The notes under the pieces are model-generated. The model had not been told where the DNA came from and ran no database searches. It saw only the letters and a program-made list of their open reading frames with translations. 64,000 bases of DNA from Oscillospiraceae bacterium (GTDB lineage: Bacteria; Bacillota; Clostridia; Oscillospirales; Oscillospiraceae): the NCBI GenBank assembly GCA_017432615.1, contig JAFRIV010000013.1, forward strand, positions 32,689 to 96,688. The letters are read 5' to 3'. The translations under genes and the position numbers were made by a program. Shown one piece after another: positions 27,189 through 37,100 of this stretch (position 1 is its first letter; every line of letters begins with the position of its first letter).

Positions 27189-28346
27189 TTAAAATACCTG
27201 GTTGAGGAGGCTGATGCCGTCGATCTGCAGATCGAAGTAAGGAGCAGACTGCGTGGTGGATTCTGCAAAGTAACCATCCACAACATGCTCGTTGTTCTCA
27301 GCGGTAAGGGTTTCTCCGTTGACGGTGAAGGTGGAGCAGTCAAAAACATGAATTTCACCGGAGAGGAGCTTTGCCTTGACTTCTTCCAGAACTTCTTCCG
27401 TGCCGGCTGCAGCAGCTGCACCGATGCTGCCGACCTGGACGGAATCCGTTGCGAAAGTACCGACCCAGTCATTGTCAATAGCAGTGCCGTCCATCACGCT
27501 CTGGATTGCATATTCCACATAAGGAGCCCAGTTGATTCTGGAGTAGATCACATAGGTGTTGGGGCAGGCTTCCGCAGTGGGAACATTGTAGGTAACGTCC
27601 GGAACACCGGCGGTCTCGCAGGCAGTGGGGGCGCCCATGGAGTCAGCATGCTGGGAGAGCAGAGCAGCGCCGTCAGCAATCAGGGTGTTGGCGCCTTCTT
27701 TTTCAGCCGTTTCATCGTACCAGGAACCGGTGAAGGTGACCTTCATGGAGGTGTTGGGAACGATAGAGCGGACACCGAGGAACCAGGAGGTATAACCGGA
27801 AATAACTTCTGCATAGGTGTAAGCGCCGACATAGCCGACCTTTACGTTGCCGTTTTCATCATAGTTGGCATCCGTGAGCACACCGTTATCGATCATTTCC
27901 TGAAGTTTGAGACCTGCGGCAATGCCGGCAAGGTAACGGCCTTCGTAGATAGAAGCGAATGCATCGTGGAAGTTGTCAAGATTAACGATCTGGGCCTGAT
28001 AGCCGGTAGCATGAAGGAACTGAACCTCCGGATATTCCTTTGCAGCGCGGATCATATAATCCTCATGGCCGAAGCTGTCGGCAAAAACGATGTCACAGCC
28101 GTCATCTGCGAGGTTGCAGGCTTCTTCGTAGCAGTCTTCCGCTTCGCCGACACCGGTCTTGATTACAAGTTCAGCACCCATCTTTGCACAGGCTTCCTGC
28201 GTGGCAGTGATGAAGTTGTTGTCGTAGGTGGAGTTTTCGTCATGCAGGGTGATAAGACCGACTTTGACAGTCTTTTCTGCAGAGGCAAAAACGCCGAGGG
28301 AAGCAACCATTACGAATACGAGGAGCAGGGCAACAAGCTTTTTCAT
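27189..28346 (-). CDS. BMP-family (PnrA/Med-like) ABC transporter substrate-binding protein, nucleoside-type
   Basis: MKKLVALLLVFVMVASLGVFASA signal peptide. I prefer the ATG at 28346 with RBS AAAGGAA. The track's extension to 28484 runs into the riboswitch. Confidence 0.85.
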   Translation of the reverse strand: MKKLVALLLVFVMVASLGVFASAEKTVKVGLITLHDENSTYDNNFITATQEACAKMGAELVIKTGVGEAEDCYEEACNLADDGCDIVFADSFGHEDYMIRAAKEYPEVQFLHATGYQAQIVNLDNFHDAFASIYEGRYLAGIAAGLKLQEMIDNGVLTDANYDENGNVKVGYVGAYTYAEVISGYTSWFLGVRSIVPNTSMKVTFTGSWYDETAEKEGANTLIADGAALLSQHADSMGAPTACETAGVPDVTYNVPTAEACPNTYVIYSRINWAPYVEYAIQSVMDGTAIDNDWVGTFATDSVQVGSIGAAAAAGTEEVLEEVKAKLLSGEIHVFDCSTFTVNGETLTAENNEHVVDGYFAESTTQSAPYFDLQIDGISLLNQVF

Positions 28347-28354
28347 AGGAAATT

Positions 28355-28495
28355 CCTTTCTTAAAATCATACCGCATCGGTACAGAAGGAGAATATACTC
28401 CTGTGCCTGAACCGATGCGGAAATCCTATCGATAGTCCGGTATTTACGGCACCGGGTAGAGACACAAAACCATATCTTTTGCATATATCGAAACG
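28355..28495 (-). promoter_or_regulatory. purine riboswitch, guanine class (aptamer 28429-28491; terminator-type expression platform 28360-28420)
   Basis: The minus-strand RNA reads UCGAUA-UAU-GCAAAA-GAUAUGG-UUUUGU-GUCUCUAC-CCGGU-GCCGUAAAU-ACCGG-AC-UAUCGA. This matches the xpt G-box (P1, L2 GAUAUGG, J2/3 ..UCUAC, L3 CCGUAAAU). The specificity position in J3/1 is C (28435). It is followed by the hairpin CCGCAUCGG...CCGAUGCGG plus UAUGAUUUU. Confidence 0.85.
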
Positions 28496-28514
28496 ATATT
28501 TAATTTAGGGCTGT

Positions 28515-28543
28515 ATCATATCCTATTGAGAGGAAAAAGTCAA
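28515..28543 (-). promoter_or_regulatory. sigmaA-type promoter TTGACT-17-TATGAT driving the riboswitch and transporter operon
   Basis: Read on the minus strand: -35 at 28538-28543 and -10 at 28515-28520. Confidence 0.7.
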
Positions 28544-28593
28544 CCCCAAAATTCGTCATTTTTCATAAAAATAAGAGCCGGTTTTTGTGCACC

Positions 28594-29163
28594 TTAACCA
28601 AAAATGATGCTGTTATCTGTCATCGCGGCTATCCTGGCAAGGGATTCAATCCGAAGACCCTGGGCACGGAGTTTTTCTCCGCCGCCCTGAAAAACCTTTT
28701 CTATGGCGATCCCTGCACCGACAAGGTTGGCTCCGGAGGCTTCGCAGATAGATTTCAGCCCGATCAGGGCTGCACCGGTAGCCAGAAAATCGTCTACGAT
28801 CAGCACATGATCCTCAGGCCCCAGATATTCTTTTGAAACAACGATCGTATTCGTTCCACCGTGCGTGAAGGATTCCACTTCGGCAGACCAGACATCTTCA
28901 GAGATATTTTTAGAACGGTTTTTTTTCGCGAACACCAGCGGACAGGAGAAGACATACCCGGCCATGGCTGCAATGGCGATCCCGGAGGATTCAACAGTAA
29001 GGATCTTATTGATTTTTTCTCCCTCATAGAGGCGCTTCCATTCTTTTGCCATGGCAAAAAGCAGGGAAGCATCAATTTGATGGTTTAAAAAACTGTCAAC
29101 TTTCAAAATACCGCCCGGGCGGACTTCTCCGTTTTTCAGAATGCGCTCTTCCAGTAATTTCAT
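28594..29163 (-). CDS. xpt: xanthine phosphoribosyltransferase
   Basis: 189 aa. MKLLEERILKNGEV...LKVDSFLNHQID and the PRPP loop VLIVDDFLATGAA. Confidence 0.9.
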   Translation of the reverse strand: MKLLEERILKNGEVRPGGILKVDSFLNHQIDASLLFAMAKEWKRLYEGEKINKILTVESSGIAIAAMAGYVFSCPLVFAKKNRSKNISEDVWSAEVESFTHGGTNTIVVSKEYLGPEDHVLIVDDFLATGAALIGLKSICEASGANLVGAGIAIEKVFQGGGEKLRAQGLRIESLARIAAMTDNSIIFG

Positions 29164-29206
29164 AGGTAAAAGAACCTCCTTTTCTCCATAAAACTCAATA
29201 AAACCG

Positions 29207-29234
29207 AAAAAAGCCCGTCACAAAAAGGACAGGC
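29207..29234 (-). terminator. terminator after rpmB
   Basis: The minus-strand RNA forms GCCUGUC...GACGGGC followed by UUUUUU. Confidence 0.65.
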
Positions 29235-29257
29235 TTGTTTCGGGTAATAATAAGGTA

Positions 29258-29446
29258 TTACACAGCGCGTGTAACCTTGCCGCTGCGCAGGCAGCGAGTG
29301 CAGGCATAGACATGGCACGGAGTGCCGTCAACAATTGCTTTCACGCGCTTCACATTGGGCTTCCAAGTGCGATTGGAACGTCTGTGGGAATGGCTCACTT
29401 TGATTCCGAAAGTAACGCCCTTGTCGCAGAACTGGCATTTTGCCAT
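29258..29446 (-). CDS. rpmB: 50S ribosomal protein L28
   Basis: 62 aa. MAKCQFCDKG...SHSHRRSNRTWKPNV. Confidence 0.95.
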   Translation of the reverse strand: MAKCQFCDKGVTFGIKVSHSHRRSNRTWKPNVKRVKAIVDGTPCHVYACTRCLRSGKVTRAV

Positions 29447-29493
29447 ACTGAAGCACCTCCTCGAAATGGTTTCGCTGTGGACACAGCTTGAAT

Positions 29494-29522
29494 ATAATAA
29501 CAGAATGTAAACTCAATTGCAA
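29494..29522 (-). promoter_or_regulatory. promoter of rpmB (TTGCAA-17-TATTAT)
   Basis: Read on the minus strand: -35 at 29517-29522 and -10 at 29494-29499. Confidence 0.55.
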
Positions 29523-29553
29523 GAAAAAATTACCATAATTTTGAAAAGAGAAG

Positions 29554-29582
29554 TTGAAACCTTTTTCGAAATAGCTTACAAT
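29554..29582 (+). promoter_or_regulatory. promoter of hprK-murB (TTGAAA-17-TACAAT)
   Basis: -35 at 29554-29559 and -10 at 29577-29582. Confidence 0.55.
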
Positions 29583-29619
29583 ACGATTATAAAAAAGAAA
29601 AACTGCAAGGAGCGACAGA

Positions 29620-30555
29620 ATGAACAGTTATACCGTCAAACTGAAGAAGATTGCAGAAGAGATGAAACTCAGTCCGATCCATCTCTCATCAGACTATGAA
29701 AATGTACTGATTACCACGACAGACGTCAACCGCCCTGCCCTGCAGCTCACAGGATTTTACGATTATTTTGACCCTGCCCGGATGCAGCTGATCGGACGCG
29801 TGGAGACGACGTATCTGGAAACGCTGACGCTGAAACAGAGGGAACAGGCATTTGAGACTTTTATGACCTATGACATTCCCTGCGTGGTCATCTGCCATGA
29901 ATGTGCTCCGTTTGAAGAATGCATTGAAGCAGCCAAAAAGTATGACAGAAATGTTTTTATTACCACACAGGATACTTCGGAATTTGAAGCCCGGCTGATC
30001 GATAAGCTGCACCGCCATCTGGCACCGAGGATCCAGCGCCACGGCGTTCTGGTTGAAGTTTACGGCGAGGGTGTTTTCATTACGGGCGAAAGCGGCATGG
30101 GAAAAAGCGAAACGGCACTGGAACTGGTAAAACGCGGACATCGCCTGATCGCGGACGATGCGGTGGAGATCAGAATCATCGGAAGAGACGCCCTGATCGG
30201 TACTGCGCCGGAACTGATCCGTTATTATATGGAACTGCGCGGGATCGGGGTGATCAACGTGCGGCATATTTACGGTGTCGGCGCTGTAAAACCGGAGTCC
30301 TCGATCGATCTCGTGGTACATCTGGAACCCTGGGATGACAAAAAGGCTTATGATCGCCTGGGACTTACGGATGAAACGGAAAACATCCTTGGGGTAACCC
30401 TGCCCCGCGTTACGATCCCGGTCATGCCCGGAAGAAATCTGGCCGTTATTATGGAACTGGCTGCAATGAACAACCGACAGAAAAAAATGGGTTTCAACGC
30501 GGCGGAACTGCTGGCGGGAAATATAGATGCCGCGGTTGACGGCGGGCTGTTCTGA
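29620..30555 (+). CDS. hprK: HPr kinase/phosphorylase
   Basis: 311 aa. Walker A GESGMGKSE and LIADDAVEI. Confidence 0.9.
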   Translation: MNSYTVKLKKIAEEMKLSPIHLSSDYENVLITTTDVNRPALQLTGFYDYFDPARMQLIGRVETTYLETLTLKQREQAFETFMTYDIPCVVICHECAPFEECIEAAKKYDRNVFITTQDTSEFEARLIDKLHRHLAPRIQRHGVLVEVYGEGVFITGESGMGKSETALELVKRGHRLIADDAVEIRIIGRDALIGTAPELIRYYMELRGIGVINVRHIYGVGAVKPESSIDLVVHLEPWDDKKAYDRLGLTDETENILGVTLPRVTIPVMPGRNLAVIMELAAMNNRQKKMGFNAAELLAGNIDAAVDGGLF

Positions 30556-31481
30556 TGAAGCAGGATCAGGTTATGGAGAGGCTGCTCGATGCGATTCGGG
30601 AGACTTTCCCGCACATAGCGCTTCTGGAAGAAGAAAAAATGGCGGCACACTGCTCTTTTCGTACCGGCGGTGCCGTTCGGGCGCTGCTGCTTCCCGGCAC
30701 GGAAGAGGAATTGCTGACGATCTGTACGCTCTGCCGGGAAGCAGAGGTGGAGCCGATCGTGCTTGGCAACGGAACCAACCTCGTTTTTCCCGATGAGAGA
30801 TCTGACAGGATCGTGCTCGGCACCGAAAAAATACAAGATCTCTATCTGACACCGGAGGGAGAGATTTTCGCTTCCTGCGGGGTTGCCCTTTCCCGTCTGG
30901 CGTCGTTTGCCTGTGAAAATGCCCTGACCGGTCTGGAATTTGCCTCCGGCATTCCGGGGACGGTCGGCGGCGGATTGCTGATGAATGCCGGCGCTTACGG
31001 CGGAGAACTGAAGGACTGCGTAAAAAACGTGCGGGTTCTTGACAAAAAGAGCGGGAAGATTTCCGGCTTTGAAAAGAAGGACTGTGATTTTTCTTATCGG
31101 CACAGCATCTTTCAAAACGGAGAGGCCGTTCTGCTAAGTGCCCGGTTCTCGTTAACGCAGGGAGATAAAAACAGGATCCGGGAGGAAATGAAGGAACTGA
31201 ACCGCAGAAGAAGAGAAAAGCAGCCGCTGGAATTCCCTTCCGCCGGAAGTACGTTCCGTCGCCCGGAAGGGCACTATGCGGCTGCGCTGATCGAGGAATG
31301 CGGGCTGAAAGGGAGAAGCATCGGCGGAGCAAAAGTTTCGGAAAAGCATGCAGGCTTTATTATCAACACGGGAAACGCAACAACAGAAGATCTTGCTTCT
31401 CTCATCCGTGTTGTGCAGACAGAAGTCTATGAACAGAAGCAGATTGCCCTTCAGCCGGAAGTGATCATCCTGCAGGGATGA
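30555..31481 (+). CDS. murB: UDP-N-acetylenolpyruvoylglucosamine reductase
   Basis: 308 aa. FAD-binding ...GNGTNLVF..., GIPGTVGGGLLMNAGAYG, SAGSTFRRP. Confidence 0.9.
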   Translation: MKQDQVMERLLDAIRETFPHIALLEEEKMAAHCSFRTGGAVRALLLPGTEEELLTICTLCREAEVEPIVLGNGTNLVFPDERSDRIVLGTEKIQDLYLTPEGEIFASCGVALSRLASFACENALTGLEFASGIPGTVGGGLLMNAGAYGGELKDCVKNVRVLDKKSGKISGFEKKDCDFSYRHSIFQNGEAVLLSARFSLTQGDKNRIREEMKELNRRRREKQPLEFPSAGSTFRRPEGHYAAALIEECGLKGRSIGGAKVSEKHAGFIINTGNATTEDLASLIRVVQTEVYEQKQIALQPEVIILQG

Positions 31482-31491
31482 CGCCTGCGGT

Positions 31492-31520
31492 ACCCGCCTG
31501 AACAGTGCGGGTTCTTTTTT
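31492..31520 (+). terminator. rho-independent terminator after murB
   Basis: ACCCGC pairs with GCGGGT and is followed by TCTTTTTT. Confidence 0.7.
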
Positions 31521-31544
31521 ATTTTGTTCAGTTTCTGATACTCT

Positions 31545-32522
31545 TTATAGACCCGTCTTCGGCCGGTTGACCACATGAATCGGCGTACCGGCAAGAAAGG
31601 CCTGCAGATTTTGCACGGAACAATCCATAATACGCTGTCTTGCTTCTTTCGGAGCCCAGGAAATATGCGGGGTGATGAAGCAGTTTTTTGCTTTCAGCAA
31701 TGGATTATCTTCCCGGATAGGTTCGACAGATACCACATCCAGTCCGGCGGCATAAACCTTGCCGCTGTTCAAGGCATCGGTAAGATCCTGTTCCACGATC
31801 AGTTGGCCGCGGCTGTTGTTGATAAGGATCACGCCGTCTTTCATTTTTGCAATGCTGTCCCGATTGATCATACCCTCCGTTTCCGGGAAAAGGGGGCAAT
31901 GCAGCACCACTACATCCGAGCGGGAAAGGAGCGTATCCAGATCTACGTATTCGGCGATGGCACGGCCTTCTTCCGTCTCCCGGCTGCCGGCAGCCAGGAT
32001 ATTCATTCCGAGTGCTTTTGCAATGCGTCCGGTGGTCCGGCCGATTCTTCCAAAACCGATGATTCCCATGGTTTTTCCGGCCAGTTCGATGAGCGGATAA
32101 TCCCAGAAACACCAGTCCGGGCTGCTCTCCCAGCGGCCGGCGTGTACAGCGTCGGAATGATGTGCCACATGGTGACAGATCTCCAGAAGCAGAGCAATGG
32201 CAGATTGACCGACAGATTGTGTGCCGTAGGTGGGAACGTTGGAAACAGGGATGCCTTTCTCCCATGCGTACGCAGTGTCTACAATATTATAACCGGTAGC
32301 CAGCACGGAAATGTATTTCAGATTCGGGCATGCATCAATCACCGCCTTGCGGACGGGACATTTATTGGTAAAGACTACATCTGCATCACGGATCCGGCGG
32401 ATAATTTCGTCGTCTTCATAGGGCGTCCGGTCGTAAACCGTCAAGGGACCGAAGGCTTCCAGCGCATCCCAGCTCAGATCACCGGGGTTTTCGGCGTAAC
32501 CGTCCAGTATAACGATTTTCAT
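31545..32522 (-). CDS. D-isomer-specific 2-hydroxyacid dehydrogenase (glycerate dehydrogenase-like)
   Basis: MKIVILDGY..., NAD motif GIIGFGRIGRTTG, catalytic ...HISWA. I prefer the ATG at 32522 over the track start at 32606. Confidence 0.8.
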   Translation of the reverse strand: MKIVILDGYAENPGDLSWDALEAFGPLTVYDRTPYEDDEIIRRIRDADVVFTNKCPVRKAVIDACPNLKYISVLATGYNIVDTAYAWEKGIPVSNVPTYGTQSVGQSAIALLLEICHHVAHHSDAVHAGRWESSPDWCFWDYPLIELAGKTMGIIGFGRIGRTTGRIAKALGMNILAAGSRETEEGRAIAEYVDLDTLLSRSDVVVLHCPLFPETEGMINRDSIAKMKDGVILINNSRGQLIVEQDLTDALNSGKVYAAGLDVVSVEPIREDNPLLKAKNCFITPHISWAPKEARQRIMDCSVQNLQAFLAGTPIHVVNRPKTGL

Positions 32523-32750
32523 GATATTTCTTTCCTCCTTGTGGAGATTTTTCAGGAACAGAGTTCTTTCAATACAATATTCTACTATTTTAAAATAGTA
32601 AAACAAATCCGCAGCACTGTCAAGAAAAAGCTGTACCGGACAGTACAGGGAAGCCGGACGGGCATCTCATCGGGCAATCATTGTCCCTCCGGGTAAAAAA
32701 TGCGCGGAATATTATAATTGTTTTTATTGTACAGCATGAGGAGCGTAAAA

Positions 32751-33179
32751 ATGAGGTATGATCTGGAACGATTCAAAAAAGCCCAGACGCAGGATTACGG
32801 CAACGCATTACGGGAAATCCGGAACGGACGAAAGAAAAGCCACTGGATGTGGTATGTTTTTCCCCAGGTTCGCGGCCTTGGGCACAGCAGTATGGCAGAC
32901 TATTACGGGATAAGCGGCATTGATGAGGCAAAGGCATATCTTGCCGATCCGGTGCTCGGGCCGCGGCTTGCGGAGATCAGCGAAGCACTGATGGAGCTGG
33001 AAGAAAAGGATGCCGCAAAGATCTTCGGCTTTCCGGATGTGCTGAAGCTTCGTTCCTGCATGACGCTGTTTGCGGCAGTGAGCGGAGAGAATTCTGTTTT
33101 CCAAAAGGTCCTGGACGCCTATTATCAGGGGGAAAAGGATGAACGGACGCTTGCCTTGTTGAAACACGGCAGCCGATGA
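32751..33179 (+). CDS. DUF1810 family protein
   Basis: MRYDLERFKKAQ...ALREIRNGRKKSHWMWYVFPQ is the family signature. The ATG at 32751 follows RBS GAGGAG. Confidence 0.75.
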   Translation: MRYDLERFKKAQTQDYGNALREIRNGRKKSHWMWYVFPQVRGLGHSSMADYYGISGIDEAKAYLADPVLGPRLAEISEALMELEEKDAAKIFGFPDVLKLRSCMTLFAAVSGENSVFQKVLDAYYQGEKDERTLALLKHGSR

Positions 33180-33284
33180 AAATGCTGTGTATTTATTCAC
33201 ACCTTGTACACGGATAAAACCTTGCAATTCAAGGTGTTTTCCCGTATACTGAAATTTAAATACGACGAATTCTTCAGGTGAAAG

Positions 33285-34190
33285 ATGTCTTTTTCAAGTG
33301 ATGCAAAAGAAGAGATCTGCCGGGCAAGACCGGATGATAGAGGCAGCGCGATAGCCGAAAGCTGCGGCGTGCTGCTTTATTGCCATACCTTTTCTCCGGA
33401 GCAGATCCGGATCATCACAGCCAGTGAAGAGTTTGCTTTCCGGCTGCCGAAGCTGTTTAAAAAGGCATTCGATGTTGCATTCGATGTTCTTCCGCCGGAA
33501 GGAGCCAGAGGAAAACGCAGTTTGATCCTCTTGGAAAAAGAGAAGATCGAAGCAGTCTATCATGCGTTTGACCTGGAAGCGGGAAACACGGTAGCGCACC
33601 ATGTTAATTTTGCGCTTCTGGAAGAGGATGCATATCGGACTGCGTTTGCCAGAGGAGCTTTTCTGGCAGGGGGAAGCGTAACCGACCCGGAAAAGCGATA
33701 TCATCTGGAACTTACAACGAGTCACAGAAGTGTTGCCGGAGAAACGGTCTCCATTCTGCAGGAGTTGGGATTCAATCCGAGAGTTTCGCAGAGAAACGGG
33801 AATTCTCTGCTGTATTTTAAACAGAGCGATGCCATTGCGGATTTTCTCACCGCGATCGGAGCGCCGGTCACAGCCATGTATGTTATGACTGCCCGCGTGG
33901 AAAAGGAAATGCGCAACACGGTTACCCGACAGATCAACTGTGACAGTGCAAATGCCGACAAAACTGTTGCCGCAGCGCAGGAGCAGATCACGGCGATCAG
34001 AAAGCTCTCGGCGGAAATCGGACTGGATGCTCTCCCCGAGCCGCTGAAGGACGCTGCCCTGCTGCGGATTACCAACCCTGCTGCGAGCCTTGCCGATCTG
34101 GCAAGCCTTTCCATTCCGCCGGTTACCAAGAGCTGCCTGAATCATCGACTGAAAAAAATCGTAATGCTTGCCCGGGAGGAACGGACATGA
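33285..34190 (+). CDS. whiA: DNA-binding protein WhiA
   Basis: 301 aa. MSFSSDAKEEI..., RGAFLAGGSVTDPEKRYHLE, and a C-terminal HTH. Its stop overlaps the dnaE start (ATGA). Confidence 0.85.
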   Translation: MSFSSDAKEEICRARPDDRGSAIAESCGVLLYCHTFSPEQIRIITASEEFAFRLPKLFKKAFDVAFDVLPPEGARGKRSLILLEKEKIEAVYHAFDLEAGNTVAHHVNFALLEEDAYRTAFARGAFLAGGSVTDPEKRYHLELTTSHRSVAGETVSILQELGFNPRVSQRNGNSLLYFKQSDAIADFLTAIGAPVTAMYVMTARVEKEMRNTVTRQINCDSANADKTVAAAQEQITAIRKLSAEIGLDALPEPLKDAALLRITNPAASLADLASLSIPPVTKSCLNHRLKKIVMLAREERT

Positions 34191-37100
34191 GTTTTGTACA
34201 CCTCCATCTTCATACGGAGTATTCTCTTCTGGACGGCGCCTGCCGGATCGACCGGGCAGCGGAGCGCGCGAAAGAACTGGGGATGAATGCCCTTGCGGTA
34301 ACCGATCACGGTGTAATGTACGGGGCGGTAGCCTTTTACAAAGCGTGCAAGGCAGCAGGGATAAAACCGATCATCGGGTGCGAGGTCTATGTTGCACCGC
34401 GTTCTTTACGGGATAAAGAGCATGCGCTGGACCGGGATTATTCTCACCTGATCCTGCTATGCCGCAATGAGGCGGGTTACAGGAGCCTGTGCCGGCTGGT
34501 CAGCACCGCTTTTACTGAGGGGTTTTATGTCAAACCCAGAATCGATTGGGAATTGCTTGAAAAATACAGCGAAGGCCTGATCTGTCTCTCCGGCTGCGTA
34601 CGGGGGTATATCCCCCAATGCATTCTGCGGGATAATTACGAGGAGGCAAAACGCAAGGCGCTTGAATTGCAATCGCTGTTCGGAGAAGGATATTTTTATC
34701 TGGAAATCCAGAAACACGGACTTGTCGAGGAAGAGAGAGCCTCCGCCGGGCTTATCCGGCTGAGCCGGGAAACCGGCATCCCGCTCGCTCTTACCAATGA
34801 TGCCCATTATATCAATAAAGAAGACGCATATTACCAGGATGTTCTGATGGCGATCCAGACCGGGAAGAGTGTGAAAGATGAGAGCCGCATGAAGATGGAG
34901 ACGCAAGAACTCTATCTTAAAAGCGAAGAAGAGATGCGGCAGCTTTTTCCGGATCAGCAGGAAGCAGCCGACAATACCTGTAAAATTGCAGAAGAGTGCA
35001 ATTTTGATTTTGAATTCGGCCATTACCATCTCCCCAAATTTCCCCTTCCGGCCGGGGAGACGGACAGCTATGCCTATCTTCGCAAACTTTGCGAGGAAGG
35101 GTTTTCCCGACGTTTTCCGACACGGCCGGAGGTCCATGCGCAGCTGGATTATGAGCTGGATATGATCAAGAAAATGGGGTTTGTAGACTACTTTCTCATA
35201 GTGGCAGACTTTATCGGCTATGCCAAACGCAACGACATCCCGGTCGGGCCGGGACGCGGCAGTGCAGCGGGAAGCGTGGTGTCCTACTGTCTGTATATCA
35301 CCGATGTCGATCCGATCCAGTATAATCTGTTTTTTGAACGCTTTCTGAACCCGGAAAGAGTTTCTATGCCGGATATTGATGTGGATTTTTGTGTTAACCG
35401 CCGAGGAGAGGTTATTGACTATGTCAATCGTCGCTACGGAAGCGACCATGTTGCGCAGATCGTGACTTTCGGAACGATGGCGGCACGTATGGCAATCCGG
35501 GATGTAGGGCGCGTGCTGGATATCAGCTATGCGGATACAGACAGGGTGGCAAAGCAGATTCCGGTCTCTTTAAATATGACCATTGAAGAAGCACTGCGTC
35601 TTTCCAAGCCGCTCAAGGATCTATATGAGAGCGACGGCACCATACAGCGGCTCATCGATGTATCGCGTGCCCTTGAGGGAATGCCCAGACATGCTTCCAC
35701 CCACGCGGCCGGAGTGGTGATCACCGAGCGCCCGGTGTATGAATATGTTCCTCTTGCCACCAATGACGGAGCGCCGGTGTGCCAGTACCAGATGACGACG
35801 CTGGAAGAACTCGGACTGTTGAAAATGGATTTTCTGGGGCTTCGAAATCTGACGGTCCTGGAGGATGCCGCCCGCATGGTCCGGAAGACAGAACCGGGCT
35901 TTCGCGTGGAAAGTGTGCCGGAGGACGATGCGGAGACCTTTGAAATGCTCGCCCAGGGAAAAACAATGGGCGTCTTCCAGCTGGAAAGTGCAGGGATGAC
36001 AGCGGTCTGCACCGGGATCAGGGCGCGAAGCATTGAAGATATTACTGCTATTATTGCACTTTACCGCCCCGGCCCGATGGACAGCATCCCACGTTTTATT
36101 GAATGCTCACAGCACCCGGAGAAGATCACATACAAGCATGAAAGCCTGCGGCCGATCCTTGAAGTAACATACGGGTGCATTGTCTATCAGGAGCAGGTGA
36201 TCGAAATCTTCCGTCGGCTTGCAGGGTTTTCCCTCGGGCAGGCGGATATGATCCGCCGTGCTATGAGCAAGAAAAAACACGCAGTGATCGACGCCGAAAG
36301 GCATGCTTTTATCTACGGAGATGCCTCCCGGGGAATTTCCGGCGCTGTGGCAAACGGAGTGCCGGAGAAAGTTGCCAACAGTATCTATGACGAAATCCTT
36401 GACTTTGCCAGTTATGCCTTCAACAAAGCCCATGCGGTAAGTTATGCGATCGTCTGTTATCGGACGGCTTATATGAAGCGGCATTATCCGCAGCAGTATA
36501 TGGCAGCGCTGCTTTCTTCGGTACTGGATGTAACAGATAAAGTCGCTGTGTATATTTCCGAATGTCGGGAAATGGGTATTCGTCTGCTGCCTCCGGATGT
36601 CAATGAGTCGGAAGCGGATTTTACGGTTTCCGGCACCAACATCCGGTTTGGCCTCGCCGCGATCAAAGGCGTCGGCCGTACGGCTGTAGCCGAGCTGGTC
36701 CGGGAAAGGGAGGAAAACGGGTTTTTCCGCAACTTTGAAGATTTTCTGCGCAGAATGGCCGGAAAGGAACTGAATCGCCGGGCCATAGAAAATATTATCC
36801 TCGCCGGTGGATTTGACAGCATGGGCTATTCCCGGAAGGCCTTTACACTGACGCTCGGGCCTGCGCTGGATGCTATTGCCAGGGAAAAACGGGATAATAT
36901 TGAGGGACAGATGGATCTCTTCGGCTCTCTGGACGGGGATGACGGCGGGAAGAATTCGCATATCAGCATAGTATCGGCACCGGAGTTTTCCCGGCAGGAA
37001 CGGATGAGCAGGGAAAAGGAAGTAACAGGACTTTATTTCAGCGGTCATCCGATGGATGATTACAGAGATGCGGTTCGCCGGGCAGGGTCCGTCCCGATCG

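Noticed and set aside
28347-28484. N-terminal extension of the BMP binding-protein ORF (track start at 28484)
   Set aside because: The extension overlaps the purine riboswitch aptamer and its terminator hairpin. The internal ATG at 28346 has an RBS and starts a normal signal peptide.
30348-31332. Minus-strand ORFs 30348..31115 and 30571..31332
   Set aside because: They are antisense to murB, which has full-length family motifs.
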